A stretch of 64,000 bases of DNA from assembly GCA_965116475.1 (NCBI GenBank), contig OZ220691.1, positions 352,001 through 416,000 on the forward strand, written 5' to 3'. The translations under genes and the position numbers were made by a program. Positions within the stretch are counted from its first letter, which is position 1. Each line of letters begins with the position of its first letter. Shown piece after piece: positions 28,497 to 37,796 of this stretch. This DNA comes from Gemmatimonadota bacterium. Lineage in GTDB: Bacteria > Gemmatimonadota > Gemmatimonadetes > Palauibacterales > Palauibacteraceae. Under the pieces are notes generated by a model. The model worked only from the letters and a program-made list of their open reading frames with translations, did not search any database and was not told the origin of the DNA.

Positions 28497-29144
28497 ATGA
28501 TCCGATTCCTGAAGCGGCGCGCGGGCTCAGCCGCCGTCGCGCTGCCGATCCTGCTCTTCACCGCCGGCGCCGCGCTCGCCCAGGCGCATCCGAATCCGGC
28601 CACGCCCGACTCGCTGCGCCAGATCCAGACGATGGAGCCGCGCATCGGGCCGCCGGGCACCGAGGTCAGTCTCTACACCGAGAACATCCCGCTCCAGGCG
28701 AGGGTCGTCGTCGGCCTGGGAGCCATCGGCACGGGCTTCGAGGAACTGGGGACCGGCGATCAGGGCGAGTTCGGCGAGATCGGAGCCACGGTGAGCGTGC
28801 CGGAGACCGCGACGTGGGACCGGGCGGTCGTCTTCATCATCTTCAACGGGAACTTCGCGCCCACGGGACTCTCCGACCCGTTCCACGTGACGGATGAGGC
28901 GGGCCGGATTCAGCGCACCGGCACGATCGCGGGGCAGGAGAACGGTTGCGTGACGTTCGAGGATCGGGACGGGTACTTCTACACGCTGGCCGGCGACGTG
29001 GGAGACGCGGAGACCGGGGGTTACTTCGTCGTCGAGGGGGCCGCGTCGCGTTCCGTGGCCTGTCCGCACGCGGACACGATCGAGGTCGACCGCATGGAGG
29101 AAACGGAGCCGTTCGAGCGCCCCCACCCCGAGCCCGTCCGGTAG
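28497..29144 (+). CDS. Exported hypothetical protein (Ig-like plus small Cys-containing beta domain)
   Basis: GGAGG RBS; signal peptide ending ALA; C-terminal G.I...E.GC.......Y.L.G...V.G.....C pattern. Confidence 0.7.
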   Translation: MIRFLKRRAGSAAVALPILLFTAGAALAQAHPNPATPDSLRQIQTMEPRIGPPGTEVSLYTENIPLQARVVVGLGAIGTGFEELGTGDQGEFGEIGATVSVPETATWDRAVVFIIFNGNFAPTGLSDPFHVTDEAGRIQRTGTIAGQENGCVTFEDRDGYFYTLAGDVGDAETGGYFVVEGAASRSVACPHADTIEVDRMEETEPFERPHPEPVR

Positions 29145-29197
29145 CCTGCGGTGACCTGCGGTAGCCTCCGGTAGTGTACCCGCCGGCGCGGAGCGCT

Positions 29198-29293
29198 TCA
29201 GCGCCGTGACGAGCCGGTGACTTCGACGAGGAAGATGACGACGAGCGTGATCAGGACGGGGATGGCGAGCAGCCATTCCTTCAGTTCGGGCAT
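29198..29293 (-). CDS. 31-aa single-pass membrane peptide
   Basis: TAAGGAG SD overlapping the dut stop; MPELKEWLLAIPVLITLVVIFLVEVTGSSRR*; nearly all codons end in G/C. Confidence 0.7.
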   Translation of the reverse strand: MPELKEWLLAIPVLITLVVIFLVEVTGSSRR

Positions 29294-29305
29294 CGTGTCT
29301 TCTCC

Positions 29306-29884
29306 TTATCGTTTGCCGGTGCTGCCGAGCCCGCCGGCGCGATCCGTCGAAATCGAGACCAGCCCCTCCTCCCAGCGCGCGACCCGGTACCTGTGGAGGA
29401 CGACCTGGGCGATCCGTTCGCCGTGTTCGATCCGAATCGGGTGCGGTGCCGAGTTGAGGACGAGGACGAACCACTCGTCCGGATAGTCGGCGTCCACGGT
29501 ACCGGGTGCGTTGGGCACCGTGAGCCCGCGCTTCCACGCGAGCGACGACCGCATGCGGATCTGCGCCTCGTAGCCGTCGGGCAGCCGGGCGCGGAAGCCC
29601 GTGGGCACGAGCGCCCGGTCGCCGGGTTCGAGGACGATCGAAAGCGCGCCGTTCCCGGTGGAGCCCGCGGTCACGGAGATGGTCTCGCGGCTGGTCCCCC
29701 GATGGACCCGGATCGGTCCGCACGTGAGATGCGCCCGGATGTCGTAGCCGGCGGACTGCTCCGTGGCTCGCGTCGGGACGCGAACATCTTCCGCCAGCTT
29801 CTCGAAGATGACGCACGCACCGTCGGCGTCGGACAAAATCCCTCCCCCACCTGCCTGATCGTTCAGCGGAACCGACGTGCCCAT
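29306..29884 (-). CDS. dut: dUTP diphosphatase
   Basis: Five trimeric dUTPase motifs: SAGYD, RSS, GTVDADY, RIAQ, RAGGLGSTG. Confidence 0.93.
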   Translation of the reverse strand: MGTSVPLNDQAGGGGILSDADGACVIFEKLAEDVRVPTRATEQSAGYDIRAHLTCGPIRVHRGTSRETISVTAGSTGNGALSIVLEPGDRALVPTGFRARLPDGYEAQIRMRSSLAWKRGLTVPNAPGTVDADYPDEWFVLVLNSAPHPIRIEHGERIAQVVLHRYRVARWEEGLVSISTDRAGGLGSTGKR

Positions 29885-30417
29885 TCTGCGGCGGCGGACA
29901 TGAATCTGTCGAGATGCTTGCCGGTCGCTTCATCCGCCAACTCGAGATCGTCGTCGAACACGGCGCCCGCCCCCGACAGCAGGACCCGGGGCTGCGGCAT
30001 CACGTGCGCGTTCAGCCCCGCGAGCGACTCGCGCAGGGAGCGCTGGGCCAGCGCCGTCCCCAGGCGGCCGGGCGTCGCCCCCATGATCGCGACGGGCTTC
30101 CCGTCCCACGCCTGCGGACGCGGGGGCCGCGACCCCCAGTCCACCGCGTTCTTGAGCACGGCCGGCAGACCCCCGTTGTACTCCGGCGTCACGAGCAGTA
30201 CGAGGTCCGCCGCATGAACCGCGGCCTTGAATTCCGAGACGACGTCGGGGTCGCCCGCGGCCTCCACGTCTCCGTCATAGAACGGCAGCCGCGATGGATC
30301 GAAATCCCGGATCTCGACGCCTTCCGGCGCCCGCGCGATGGCGGCCCGCAGAAGCGCCCGATTGAACGACCGCCGCCGGCAGCTGCCCGCAACGGCAAGC
30401 AGGGAGAAATGATTCAT
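29863..30417 (-). CDS. NADPH-dependent FMN reductase
   Basis: GS.R..SFN, TPEYNG..PAVLKNA.DW.SR, KPVAIMGA. Confidence 0.92.
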   Translation of the reverse strand: MNHFSLLAVAGSCRRRSFNRALLRAAIARAPEGVEIRDFDPSRLPFYDGDVEAAGDPDVVSEFKAAVHAADLVLLVTPEYNGGLPAVLKNAVDWGSRPPRPQAWDGKPVAIMGATPGRLGTALAQRSLRESLAGLNAHVMPQPRVLLSGAGAVFDDDLELADEATGKHLDRFMSAAAEWARRFR

Positions 30418-30519
30418 GGGTCGGGAGAGTGCATGGCCGCGGCACGCCGCGCAAACCGGGCGCGGCGGCAGGCCACCGACGTTCCCGCGGGAACGCGGCG
30501 GGACCGTTGTCCGGGGCCG

Positions 30520-31872
30520 CTATTCCCGCATGGCCTCCGGCACCCGCCTCACGACGACGGTCGGTACGTCGAATGCGTCCAGGTGCACATACGCCACGAG
30601 CCCGTTGGGCCCGAAGGCGGCCGGCATCCCGGCATCGGGTAAGGTGCCGACGTAGCCATCCTCGGGCGTGAGGATGTCGATCGGACCCGGACGGCGCGGC
30701 TGCAGGCCGGGCGGACTGCCCGTGAGGGCCGACATGGCCTCGCCGAGCAGGTCGTAATCAGGGAAACCATCGGCTGGCGTACGGAGCACCCAGACCTTCC
30801 CCTCCCAGGAGGTCGCCAGCGCCTCGACGACCTCGATCGCGCCACTCAACTCCGTCTCGTCAAACCATGACTCGAAACGGCCCCCGCCCCCCATCAAACC
30901 GGCGATCTCGGCGGCGGCGCCTCCCCGCTCCACCTTCTCTCGCGCCCGGCCCGCGACCTGCTCGACGAATGTCCTCCTGTTTCGGTCGTTCCAGCGTCGG
31001 GTTGGGAACGGACGCGAGAGGATGCGGATCGCGCGCCCGTCAGGCCCGACAATCCTGAGGGCGTAGGCCGTCGAATCCGAGAGGACGATGCCCCCGCCCG
31101 GAAGCGGGGCGAACAGAAACTTCAACGGCGATGCACCGCCGGATTCACCGTGTACCGACCCGGCGAGCGGCTCGGCACGAGCTTCCTGGCCGTCGAAGGT
31201 CATCCGATCCACGGTGCGCGGCCCGTCCACGATGCTCACGCGACCCGGCCTCCCGTCGGCCCCCATCTGCACCTGCCACACCGACGTGACCCGGGACAGG
31301 AGGCCCCCTCGGTAGTCGCTCCGGTAGCTGCGGGGGTTCGCCGAGGGGGTCATTGCCATGGGGAGATCGTGGGCCGGACCCACGCCTTCGAACCTCACCA
31401 TGCGCTCGAATTCGCCATCCGCGGTGAAGAGGTGGTAGCCGAAGTGGGCCCGGTCCGGGACGACTGTACGTCCGTCAGCGAGGGCGAAGGCCTGCTTCGC
31501 TTCGCGGAACTCGCCGGGACCGTCTCCCTGCCGTCCGAAGGCCGACACGAGGGCCCCTGTCGAGTCGACGACGACGACGCGCAACTCGTCCCCCACCAAA
31601 TCCGCAATGTGAAGGCGGCCACGCGCGTCGAATCCCATCGAGGTCAAACTCGAGAACAACTCCCATTCCCGGCCGCGATCCCCCACCCGGTACACCTCCG
31701 GGAAGTCCTCGGCCAGGATCCGGTCTGCGAGCGGCAACTCGATGACCCGCTGCGCTGCGGCGTCCCCGGCGACGACGGCGAATCCGGCCCACACACACGC
31801 CGTCGCAGCCATCGCCGACGTCCGGCGTCGGGCGCGGGGTCTTTCGTGCTTCGACGTATGGAATGTATGCAT
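30520..31872 (-). CDS. 6-bladed beta-propeller exported protein
   Basis: FGRQGDGPGEF; C-terminus PAAFGPNGLVAYV..DAFDVPTVVVRR matches 3454-4860; start uncertain (31872 or 31812). Confidence 0.72.
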   Translation of the reverse strand: MHTFHTSKHERPRARRRTSAMAATACVWAGFAVVAGDAAAQRVIELPLADRILAEDFPEVYRVGDRGREWELFSSLTSMGFDARGRLHIADLVGDELRVVVVDSTGALVSAFGRQGDGPGEFREAKQAFALADGRTVVPDRAHFGYHLFTADGEFERMVRFEGVGPAHDLPMAMTPSANPRSYRSDYRGGLLSRVTSVWQVQMGADGRPGRVSIVDGPRTVDRMTFDGQEARAEPLAGSVHGESGGASPLKFLFAPLPGGGIVLSDSTAYALRIVGPDGRAIRILSRPFPTRRWNDRNRRTFVEQVAGRAREKVERGGAAAEIAGLMGGGGRFESWFDETELSGAIEVVEALATSWEGKVWVLRTPADGFPDYDLLGEAMSALTGSPPGLQPRRPGPIDILTPEDGYVGTLPDAGMPAAFGPNGLVAYVHLDAFDVPTVVVRRVPEAMRE

Positions 31873-31939
31873 CGACACGGAATCGTCCGTTTCGGTTTCG
31901 GTACAGCCAGCCACCACGACGCCACGAGGAGTCCGACTG

Positions 31940-34900
31940 ATGAACGATCATCCTATCCTGCTACACGCTGCGCGCGGGGTCTACTCCCTGGCGCTCGGTC
32001 TCGGGCTCATGCTCGCCACGGCGGGCGGGGCCTCCTCGCAGGAGGCCTCGAACGGGGCCGAAGGGCCGGATAACGAGGATCTGCCGTTGCCGGTCGACCG
32101 CACGGTGGCGCTGGACATGACGGAGGGGAGCTGGATCTCTCTCGACGTGAGTCCGGACGGCGAGACGATCGTCTTCGATTATCTCGGGAACCTCTTCACC
32201 ATCCCGATCGGCGGCGGGGATGCGACGCAGCTCACGTCGGGGATGGCCTTCGACGCCCAGCCGCGCTTCTCCCCGGACGGGACGCGGATCGTCTACACCT
32301 CCGACTACGACGGCGGGCAAAACATCTGGATCCGCTCGCTCGATGGCTCCGACACGACGCAGATCTCCCGGGGTTCGGCCAATCGCGCCGAGTCCCCCGA
32401 GTGGCTCCCGGACGGGGACTACATCGTGGCGTCGATGGGCGGCTTCCGCGGGGGCGGGCTACCGAAGCTCAAGCTGTTCCACGTGGACGGCGGGAGCGGG
32501 ATCGAACTCGTCTCGGAACCGGACAACCTGAAGATGCTCGGGGCCGCGGTCTCCCCCGACGGCCGCTACATCTGGTACGCGCGCCGCACCGGCGACTGGA
32601 CCTACAACGCGCAGTTCCCCCAGTACCAGCTCGAGGCATACGACCGCGAGTCGGGCGAACGATACACCCGCTCCTCGCGGTACGGCTCCGCGATCCGGCC
32701 GGTGCTCTCGCCCGACGGCCGCTGGCTCGTGTTCGGGACGCGTCACGAGGCGCACACCGGGCTCGTGATCCGGGACCTCGAGAGCGGCGACGAGCGCTGG
32801 CTCGCGTATCCCGTGCAGCACGACGACCAGGAGTCGCGCGCCACGCTGGACGTGCTTCCCGGCATGTCGTTCACGCCGGACTCCCGGCACCTCGTCACCT
32901 CCTACGGCGGGAAGATCTGGAAGCTCCCGGTCGACGGGGGCGACGCCGAGGAGATCCCCTTCCGGGTGCAGTTCGACCTCGCGCTCGGACCACGCGTCGA
33001 CTTCGACTATCCGATCGAGGACACGCCGACCTTCACCGTGCGCCAGATCCGCGACGCGGCGCCCTCCCCCTCCGGCGACCGGCTCGCCTTCACGGCGCTC
33101 GACCGCCTCTGGGTGTCGGCCGCCAACGGCTCGGACCCCGAACGCCTCACCGACGCGGACATGTCGGAGCACTTCGCGACGTGGTCGCCGGACGGCGCGT
33201 GGATCGCGTACTCGACGTGGGATGGGAACGCGGGACACCTCTACAAGGCGCGGAGCGACGGCGGCGGGGACCCGGTGCGGCTCACGCGCGACGCGGCGAC
33301 GTACTTCGCCCCCGCGTGGGGGCCGGGCGACCGGATCGTGGCCGTGCGGGGGCTCGTGCGGGCCTACGAGACGCAGGGCGAGGGCGGCGCGCCGGGCACG
33401 GAGATCGTGTGGGTGTCGGCCGACCCGGACGGCTCGGACGGCGGGCCGGCGACGCTGATCGCGCCCACGGACGGACGGGCGAATCCCCATTTCGTGGAGG
33501 AGAACGACCGCATCCATCTCTTCCGTTTCCCCGACGCCCTGGTCTCGATTCGCTGGGATGGGACGGACGAGAAGGAGCATGTGAAGGTGCGCGGGCCCAC
33601 GCCTCAGGGTTCGACGCAGGGGCTGTCTCCGTCGACCATCGAGATGGCGCCGCGCGGCGACCAGGCGCTCGCGGAGATCCAGCGCGAGATCTACACCGTG
33701 ACGGTGCCACGCGCCGGCGTGACGCCGACGATCAACGTCTCCAACCCGGACAACGCCTCCTTCCCCGCCCGCCGCGTCACCGATATCGGCGGCGAATTCC
33801 CGGCCTGGAGCGGCAACGGCCGCACGGTGCACTTCTCGCTGGGCAATGCCCACTTCTCCTACGACCTCGACGCCGCGCAGGCGCACGAAGACAGCGTGGA
33901 GGCGGCCGGAGCGGCCGAAGAGGAAGAGGAAGAAGAAGAGGCAACTGAAGAAGAAGAGGAGGACGAAGGCTACCGCGCCGTCGAACACCGCATCCTCATC
34001 GAGGCGCCGCGCGACATCCCCGCAGGCATCGCGGTACTCCGCGGCGGGCGCGCGATCACGATGAACGGCGACGAAGTCATCGAGAACGCGGACATCGTGG
34101 TCCGGAACAACCGGATCGAGGCGGTGGGCGCGAGCGGTTCGGTCGCCGTGCCGGACGATGCCGTTGTCTTCGACATCCGCGGCCGGACGGTCGTCCCGGG
34201 CTACGTCGACACGCACGCGCACCTGCGGGCGCGCGACCAGCTCCACCGCACCGACGTGTGGCCGTACCTCGCCAACCTCGCGTACGGCGTGACGACGACG
34301 CGGGATCCGCAGACCGGGAACACGGAGGTCCTCTCCTATGCGGACATGGTCCGCACCGGGAGCGTGCTCGGGCCGCGGGTCTACTCGACCGGGCCGGGCG
34401 TCTTCTGGCAGGACGGGATCGACACGGAGGAAGAGGCGAGGGACGTCCTCTCCCGCTACGCCGACTACTTCGACACGAAGACGATCAAGATGTACGTGGC
34501 CGCGGCCCGGAAGGGGCGCCAGCACATCATCATGGCGGCCCGCGAACTCGAGCTCATGCCGACGACCGAGGGGTCGCTGAACCTCCGGCAGAACCTCACG
34601 GAGACGATCGACGGCTATCCGGGGCTCGAACACTCCATCCCCGTCTTCCCGGTGTACGACGACTACGTGCGGCTCTTCGCGGAGACGGAGCGGGTCTACA
34701 CACCGACGCTGCTGGTGTCGTACGGGGGCCCGTGGGCGGAGAACTACTTCTATTCCCGCGAGAACCCGCACGACGACCCGAAGCTGCGCCGCTTCGTCCC
34801 GCACGATGAGGTGGACTCGCGCACGCTCCGCCGGCCGCAGTGGTTCCGCGAGGACCAGCACGTGTTCGTGCAACACGGCGAGTTCGTCAGGAACCTCGTC

Positions 34901-35281
34901 GACGCGGGGGGGAAGGCGGGCGTGGGGAGCCACGGCCAGCTGCAGGGGCTCGGCTACCACTGGGAGCTGTGGGCGATGGCGGCCGACGACATGGACGAGC
35001 ACGACGCATTGCGCACGGCCACGATCTTCGGGGCCGAAGCGATCGGCCTCGACCGGGATCTCGGCTCGATCGAAGCCGGCAAGCTCGCCGACCTCGTGAT
35101 CCTGACCGCGAACCCGCTCGACGACCTGCGCAACACGAACGCGATCGAGCAGGTGATGCTGAACGGGCGCCTGTTCGACGCGGATACCCTCGACGAGATC
35201 CATCCCCGGCAGCGGCCGCTGGCCCCGCTCTGGTGGTGGGACGACGAGCCGGAGGGGGTCCCGGGCGTGACGTCCCGCTGA
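31940..35281 (+). CDS. PD40/TolB-propeller plus amidohydrolase fusion protein
   Basis: Repeated SPDG propeller motifs; PGYVDTHAH, GVTT.RD, GSIEAGKLADLVIL. Confidence 0.9.
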   Translation: MNDHPILLHAARGVYSLALGLGLMLATAGGASSQEASNGAEGPDNEDLPLPVDRTVALDMTEGSWISLDVSPDGETIVFDYLGNLFTIPIGGGDATQLTSGMAFDAQPRFSPDGTRIVYTSDYDGGQNIWIRSLDGSDTTQISRGSANRAESPEWLPDGDYIVASMGGFRGGGLPKLKLFHVDGGSGIELVSEPDNLKMLGAAVSPDGRYIWYARRTGDWTYNAQFPQYQLEAYDRESGERYTRSSRYGSAIRPVLSPDGRWLVFGTRHEAHTGLVIRDLESGDERWLAYPVQHDDQESRATLDVLPGMSFTPDSRHLVTSYGGKIWKLPVDGGDAEEIPFRVQFDLALGPRVDFDYPIEDTPTFTVRQIRDAAPSPSGDRLAFTALDRLWVSAANGSDPERLTDADMSEHFATWSPDGAWIAYSTWDGNAGHLYKARSDGGGDPVRLTRDAATYFAPAWGPGDRIVAVRGLVRAYETQGEGGAPGTEIVWVSADPDGSDGGPATLIAPTDGRANPHFVEENDRIHLFRFPDALVSIRWDGTDEKEHVKVRGPTPQGSTQGLSPSTIEMAPRGDQALAEIQREIYTVTVPRAGVTPTINVSNPDNASFPARRVTDIGGEFPAWSGNGRTVHFSLGNAHFSYDLDAAQAHEDSVEAAGAAEEEEEEEEATEEEEEDEGYRAVEHRILIEAPRDIPAGIAVLRGGRAITMNGDEVIENADIVVRNNRIEAVGASGSVAVPDDAVVFDIRGRTVVPGYVDTHAHLRARDQLHRTDVWPYLANLAYGVTTTRDPQTGNTEVLSYADMVRTGSVLGPRVYSTGPGVFWQDGIDTEEEARDVLSRYADYFDTKTIKMYVAAARKGRQHIIMAARELELMPTTEGSLNLRQNLTETIDGYPGLEHSIPVFPVYDDYVRLFAETERVYTPTLLVSYGGPWAENYFYSRENPHDDPKLRRFVPHDEVDSRTLRRPQWFREDQHVFVQHGEFVRNLVDAGGKAGVGSHGQLQGLGYHWELWAMAADDMDEHDALRTATIFGAEAIGLDRDLGSIEAGKLADLVILTANPLDDLRNTNAIEQVMLNGRLFDADTLDEIHPRQRPLAPLWWWDDEPEGVPGVTSR

Positions 35282-35314
35282 CGGACCCGGCCCGCGGGGG
35301 CTCGGAGCCCGCCC

Positions 35315-37339
35315 TCAGTCCTCCGGCGTGAGCGCGAGCCGGATGGCGCCGAGCGGGCGGTCGGCCGTGTAGAGCGCGAGTTCGATCCGCCCGGCCATGA
35401 GGTCGTCAAGGTGGGCGGCGCTCAGCGCCACGCTGCCCTCGGCCGACGTGTGGCCCGGGCCGGAGAGACGTCGCACGACCGCGTTCGGACGCGTCCCGCT
35501 TCCCCGCCGCTGGAGCACGATCGCGTGGGCGTCGGCCGGCCCGAGGCCGGACGTGGTGATGAGGTATCCCAGCGTGCCGCGCGGCAGGTCGAGGCTGAAG
35601 CTGCCGTGGAGCCGAGGGGCGGCGGGCCGCCCGGCCCATCCGCCGTCGCCGGCGACGCTGAAGCGGAGCGGTTCCGGCGCGCGGCCGTCCACGAGCGGGG
35701 GCGTGCGGGGTGGCGCGCGGCGCGGCTGGATCGCCCGTTCGAGCGCGTACGCGAACGAGACCAGGCGCGCATCGTCGAACGGGCGGCCGATCAGCTCTAC
35801 GCCGGTCGGCATCCCGGTCCGCGTGAAGCCCGCGGGCGCGCTGATCGCCGGGAGCCCGCTGTGCGCGGCCAGCTGGCACGTCCCGCCGACCGGCGGCGAG
35901 CCGATCCGCGCAGGGTCGCGCCGCAGCGTGGGATAGGCGATCGCGTCGAGCCGCTCTTCGTCCATGAACGCCACGATCGCCTCCCGCAGCGCCGTCTGCC
36001 GCTCCAGCACCTCGGCGTAGGCCGCCTCGTCGCGCGGGCCCGCCGCGCTGCGCCGCCGGAAGGTGCCGTCGAGCTGCTCGTGGTGCAGCCCCAGTCCAAC
36101 GATCTCCCCGAGCGACGCCACCGGCCCGCCGCCGGGCGCGGCCAGGTACGCGGCGAGATCCACGGCGAATTCGTGCCCGATCACCCCCGTGTTCGCGAGC
36201 AGCGAGTCCTGCGCGGGGATCTCGACATCGACGATCTCCGCCCCCGCCGCGGCCATCGCGTCGAGGGCGGCGCGAACGGCCGCCGTGACCGGAGCTTCCG
36301 CGCCCGAATCCGACAGCCACTCCGCCAGGGCCCCGATGCGCGCCCCGGCCAGTGACTCGGCGTCGAGCGCCGCGCGGAAGCCGATCGGCTCCCGGTCGCG
36401 CATCGCCTCCGTGGCCGGATCCGCCGCGTCCGCGCCGACCGTCGCGTCGAGGGCGATCGCGAGATCTACGACGGAGCGCGCCAGCGGCCCGCCCGTATCC
36501 TGCGTGTGCGACAGGGGGATGATCCCATCGATGCTCGACAGCCCCTTCGTCGGCCGCAGCCCGACGAGGTTGTGGACCGACGACGGGATGCGGATCGAGC
36601 CGCACGTGTCGGACCCCCATCCCACGGCGCCGAAGCTCGCCGTCACCGCGGCGCCCGTGCCGCCGGAGGAGCCGCCCGGATTCCGCGCCGGATCGTACGG
36701 GTTGCGCGTCTGTCCGCCGAGCGAACTGATGCTCGTGATCCCCGCCGCCAACTCGTGCATGTTCGTCTTGGCGAGGAGGATCGCCCCCGCCTCGCGCAGC
36801 TTCCGCACCTGGAAGGCGTCGTCCGGCGGCGTCCAGCCCGCGAGCGCGACCGTCGATCCGGCCGTGGGCATGTCGAAGGTGTCGTAGTTGTCCTTGAGGA
36901 GGATGGGGATTCCGTGCAGCGGGCCCCTCACCTGCCCCGCTGCGCGCTCCGCGTCGAGCCGCCGCGCCTGTTCCCGCGCCGTGGGATGGAGGCGGATGAT
37001 CGCGTTGAGCGTCGGCCCCGCCCGGTCGTACGCCGCCATCCGGGCGAGGTAGGCGTCCACCAGGCCGATGGAAGTGACGCGGCCCAATTCGAGCGCCGCC
37101 TGAAGCTCGGGGATCGAAGCCTCCCACACCTCGAACCGCGCCGACCCGGCGGCGGCCGCCGTCTGGGCCGAGAGCCGTGCCGCCGGCGACGCGCACAACG
37201 CGCCCGCCGCATACACGAGACCCCACGCGACGAGGCGACAGACGACGCGGCCGCCGACGGCGGGGCCGCCGACGGCGGGGCCGCAGACGACGGGTCTCCG
37301 GGCGCCGAGGATCCGAGCGACGGCCTTACCGGGTTCCAT
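35315..37339 (-). CDS. Amidase-signature enzyme with C-terminal CHRD-like domain
   Basis: GPLHGIPILLKDN, GGSSGG, GSDTCGSIRIPS; C-terminal L..L.AG......T...P.G.IR pattern. Confidence 0.88.
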   Translation of the reverse strand: MEPGKAVARILGARRPVVCGPAVGGPAVGGRVVCRLVAWGLVYAAGALCASPAARLSAQTAAAAGSARFEVWEASIPELQAALELGRVTSIGLVDAYLARMAAYDRAGPTLNAIIRLHPTAREQARRLDAERAAGQVRGPLHGIPILLKDNYDTFDMPTAGSTVALAGWTPPDDAFQVRKLREAGAILLAKTNMHELAAGITSISSLGGQTRNPYDPARNPGGSSGGTGAAVTASFGAVGWGSDTCGSIRIPSSVHNLVGLRPTKGLSSIDGIIPLSHTQDTGGPLARSVVDLAIALDATVGADAADPATEAMRDREPIGFRAALDAESLAGARIGALAEWLSDSGAEAPVTAAVRAALDAMAAAGAEIVDVEIPAQDSLLANTGVIGHEFAVDLAAYLAAPGGGPVASLGEIVGLGLHHEQLDGTFRRRSAAGPRDEAAYAEVLERQTALREAIVAFMDEERLDAIAYPTLRRDPARIGSPPVGGTCQLAAHSGLPAISAPAGFTRTGMPTGVELIGRPFDDARLVSFAYALERAIQPRRAPPRTPPLVDGRAPEPLRFSVAGDGGWAGRPAAPRLHGSFSLDLPRGTLGYLITTSGLGPADAHAIVLQRRGSGTRPNAVVRRLSGPGHTSAEGSVALSAAHLDDLMAGRIELALYTADRPLGAIRLALTPED

Positions 37340-37796
37340 GTGCCAGGTGTCCCTCCCTGATGGCCACGAACGTTCCCGAACAGGTGGCCGTGCATTCGCC
37401 ACCGGAAAGCAGTTCGGCTTCGACCACGACCCTGCGCTCGCCCGCTTCGGCGATCCGCGCCCGGAGCTGGACCGGAGCGTCGGAGGGCGTGGGCTTCCGG
37501 AGCCGGACCGTGTATTCCGCGGTCACGGTGACGGGCGGATGGTCCAGGCCGCGAGCCCGCATGAAGTAGTGCGCGGCGCACCAGTTGCACTGGCAGTCGA
37601 GCAGCGTCCCGATGATCCCTCCGTTGAGGATGCCCGGGAACGACCGGTGGTTCGGCCCGGGCGTCCATTCGGCCACCACGTCGTGGCTGCCGTCCGCCGC
37701 GGGGAAGCTGCGCAGCCGAAGCCCCTCCGGATTCGCGTGGCCGCAGCCGAAACAGATCGACTCGGGCGCATACTTTTCCTGCAGCGCCTCGCTCAC
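37326..37796 (-). CDS. PaaI family (hotdog) thioesterase
   Basis: CFGCG..NPEGL.L, G.LNGGII.TLLD, VTA...V...KPTP. Confidence 0.88.
   Translation of the reverse strand: MSEALQEKYAPESICFGCGHANPEGLRLRSFPAADGSHDVVAEWTPGPNHRSFPGILNGGIIGTLLDCQCNWCAAHYFMRARGLDHPPVTVTAEYTVRLRKPTPSDAPVQLRARIAEAGERRVVVEAELLSGGECTATCSGTFVAIREGHLAHGTR

Noticed and set aside
33915-33970. Purine-rich tract, and the similar tract at 45290-45420
   Set aside because: Both encode in-frame poly-Glu/Asp linkers within exported proteins; they are not separate elements.
35709-35720. RAPP sequence inside the amidase
   Set aside because: It sits in an internal Pro-rich linker far from the stop, with no downstream co-oriented gene or SD-pairing element. 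Probably chance.
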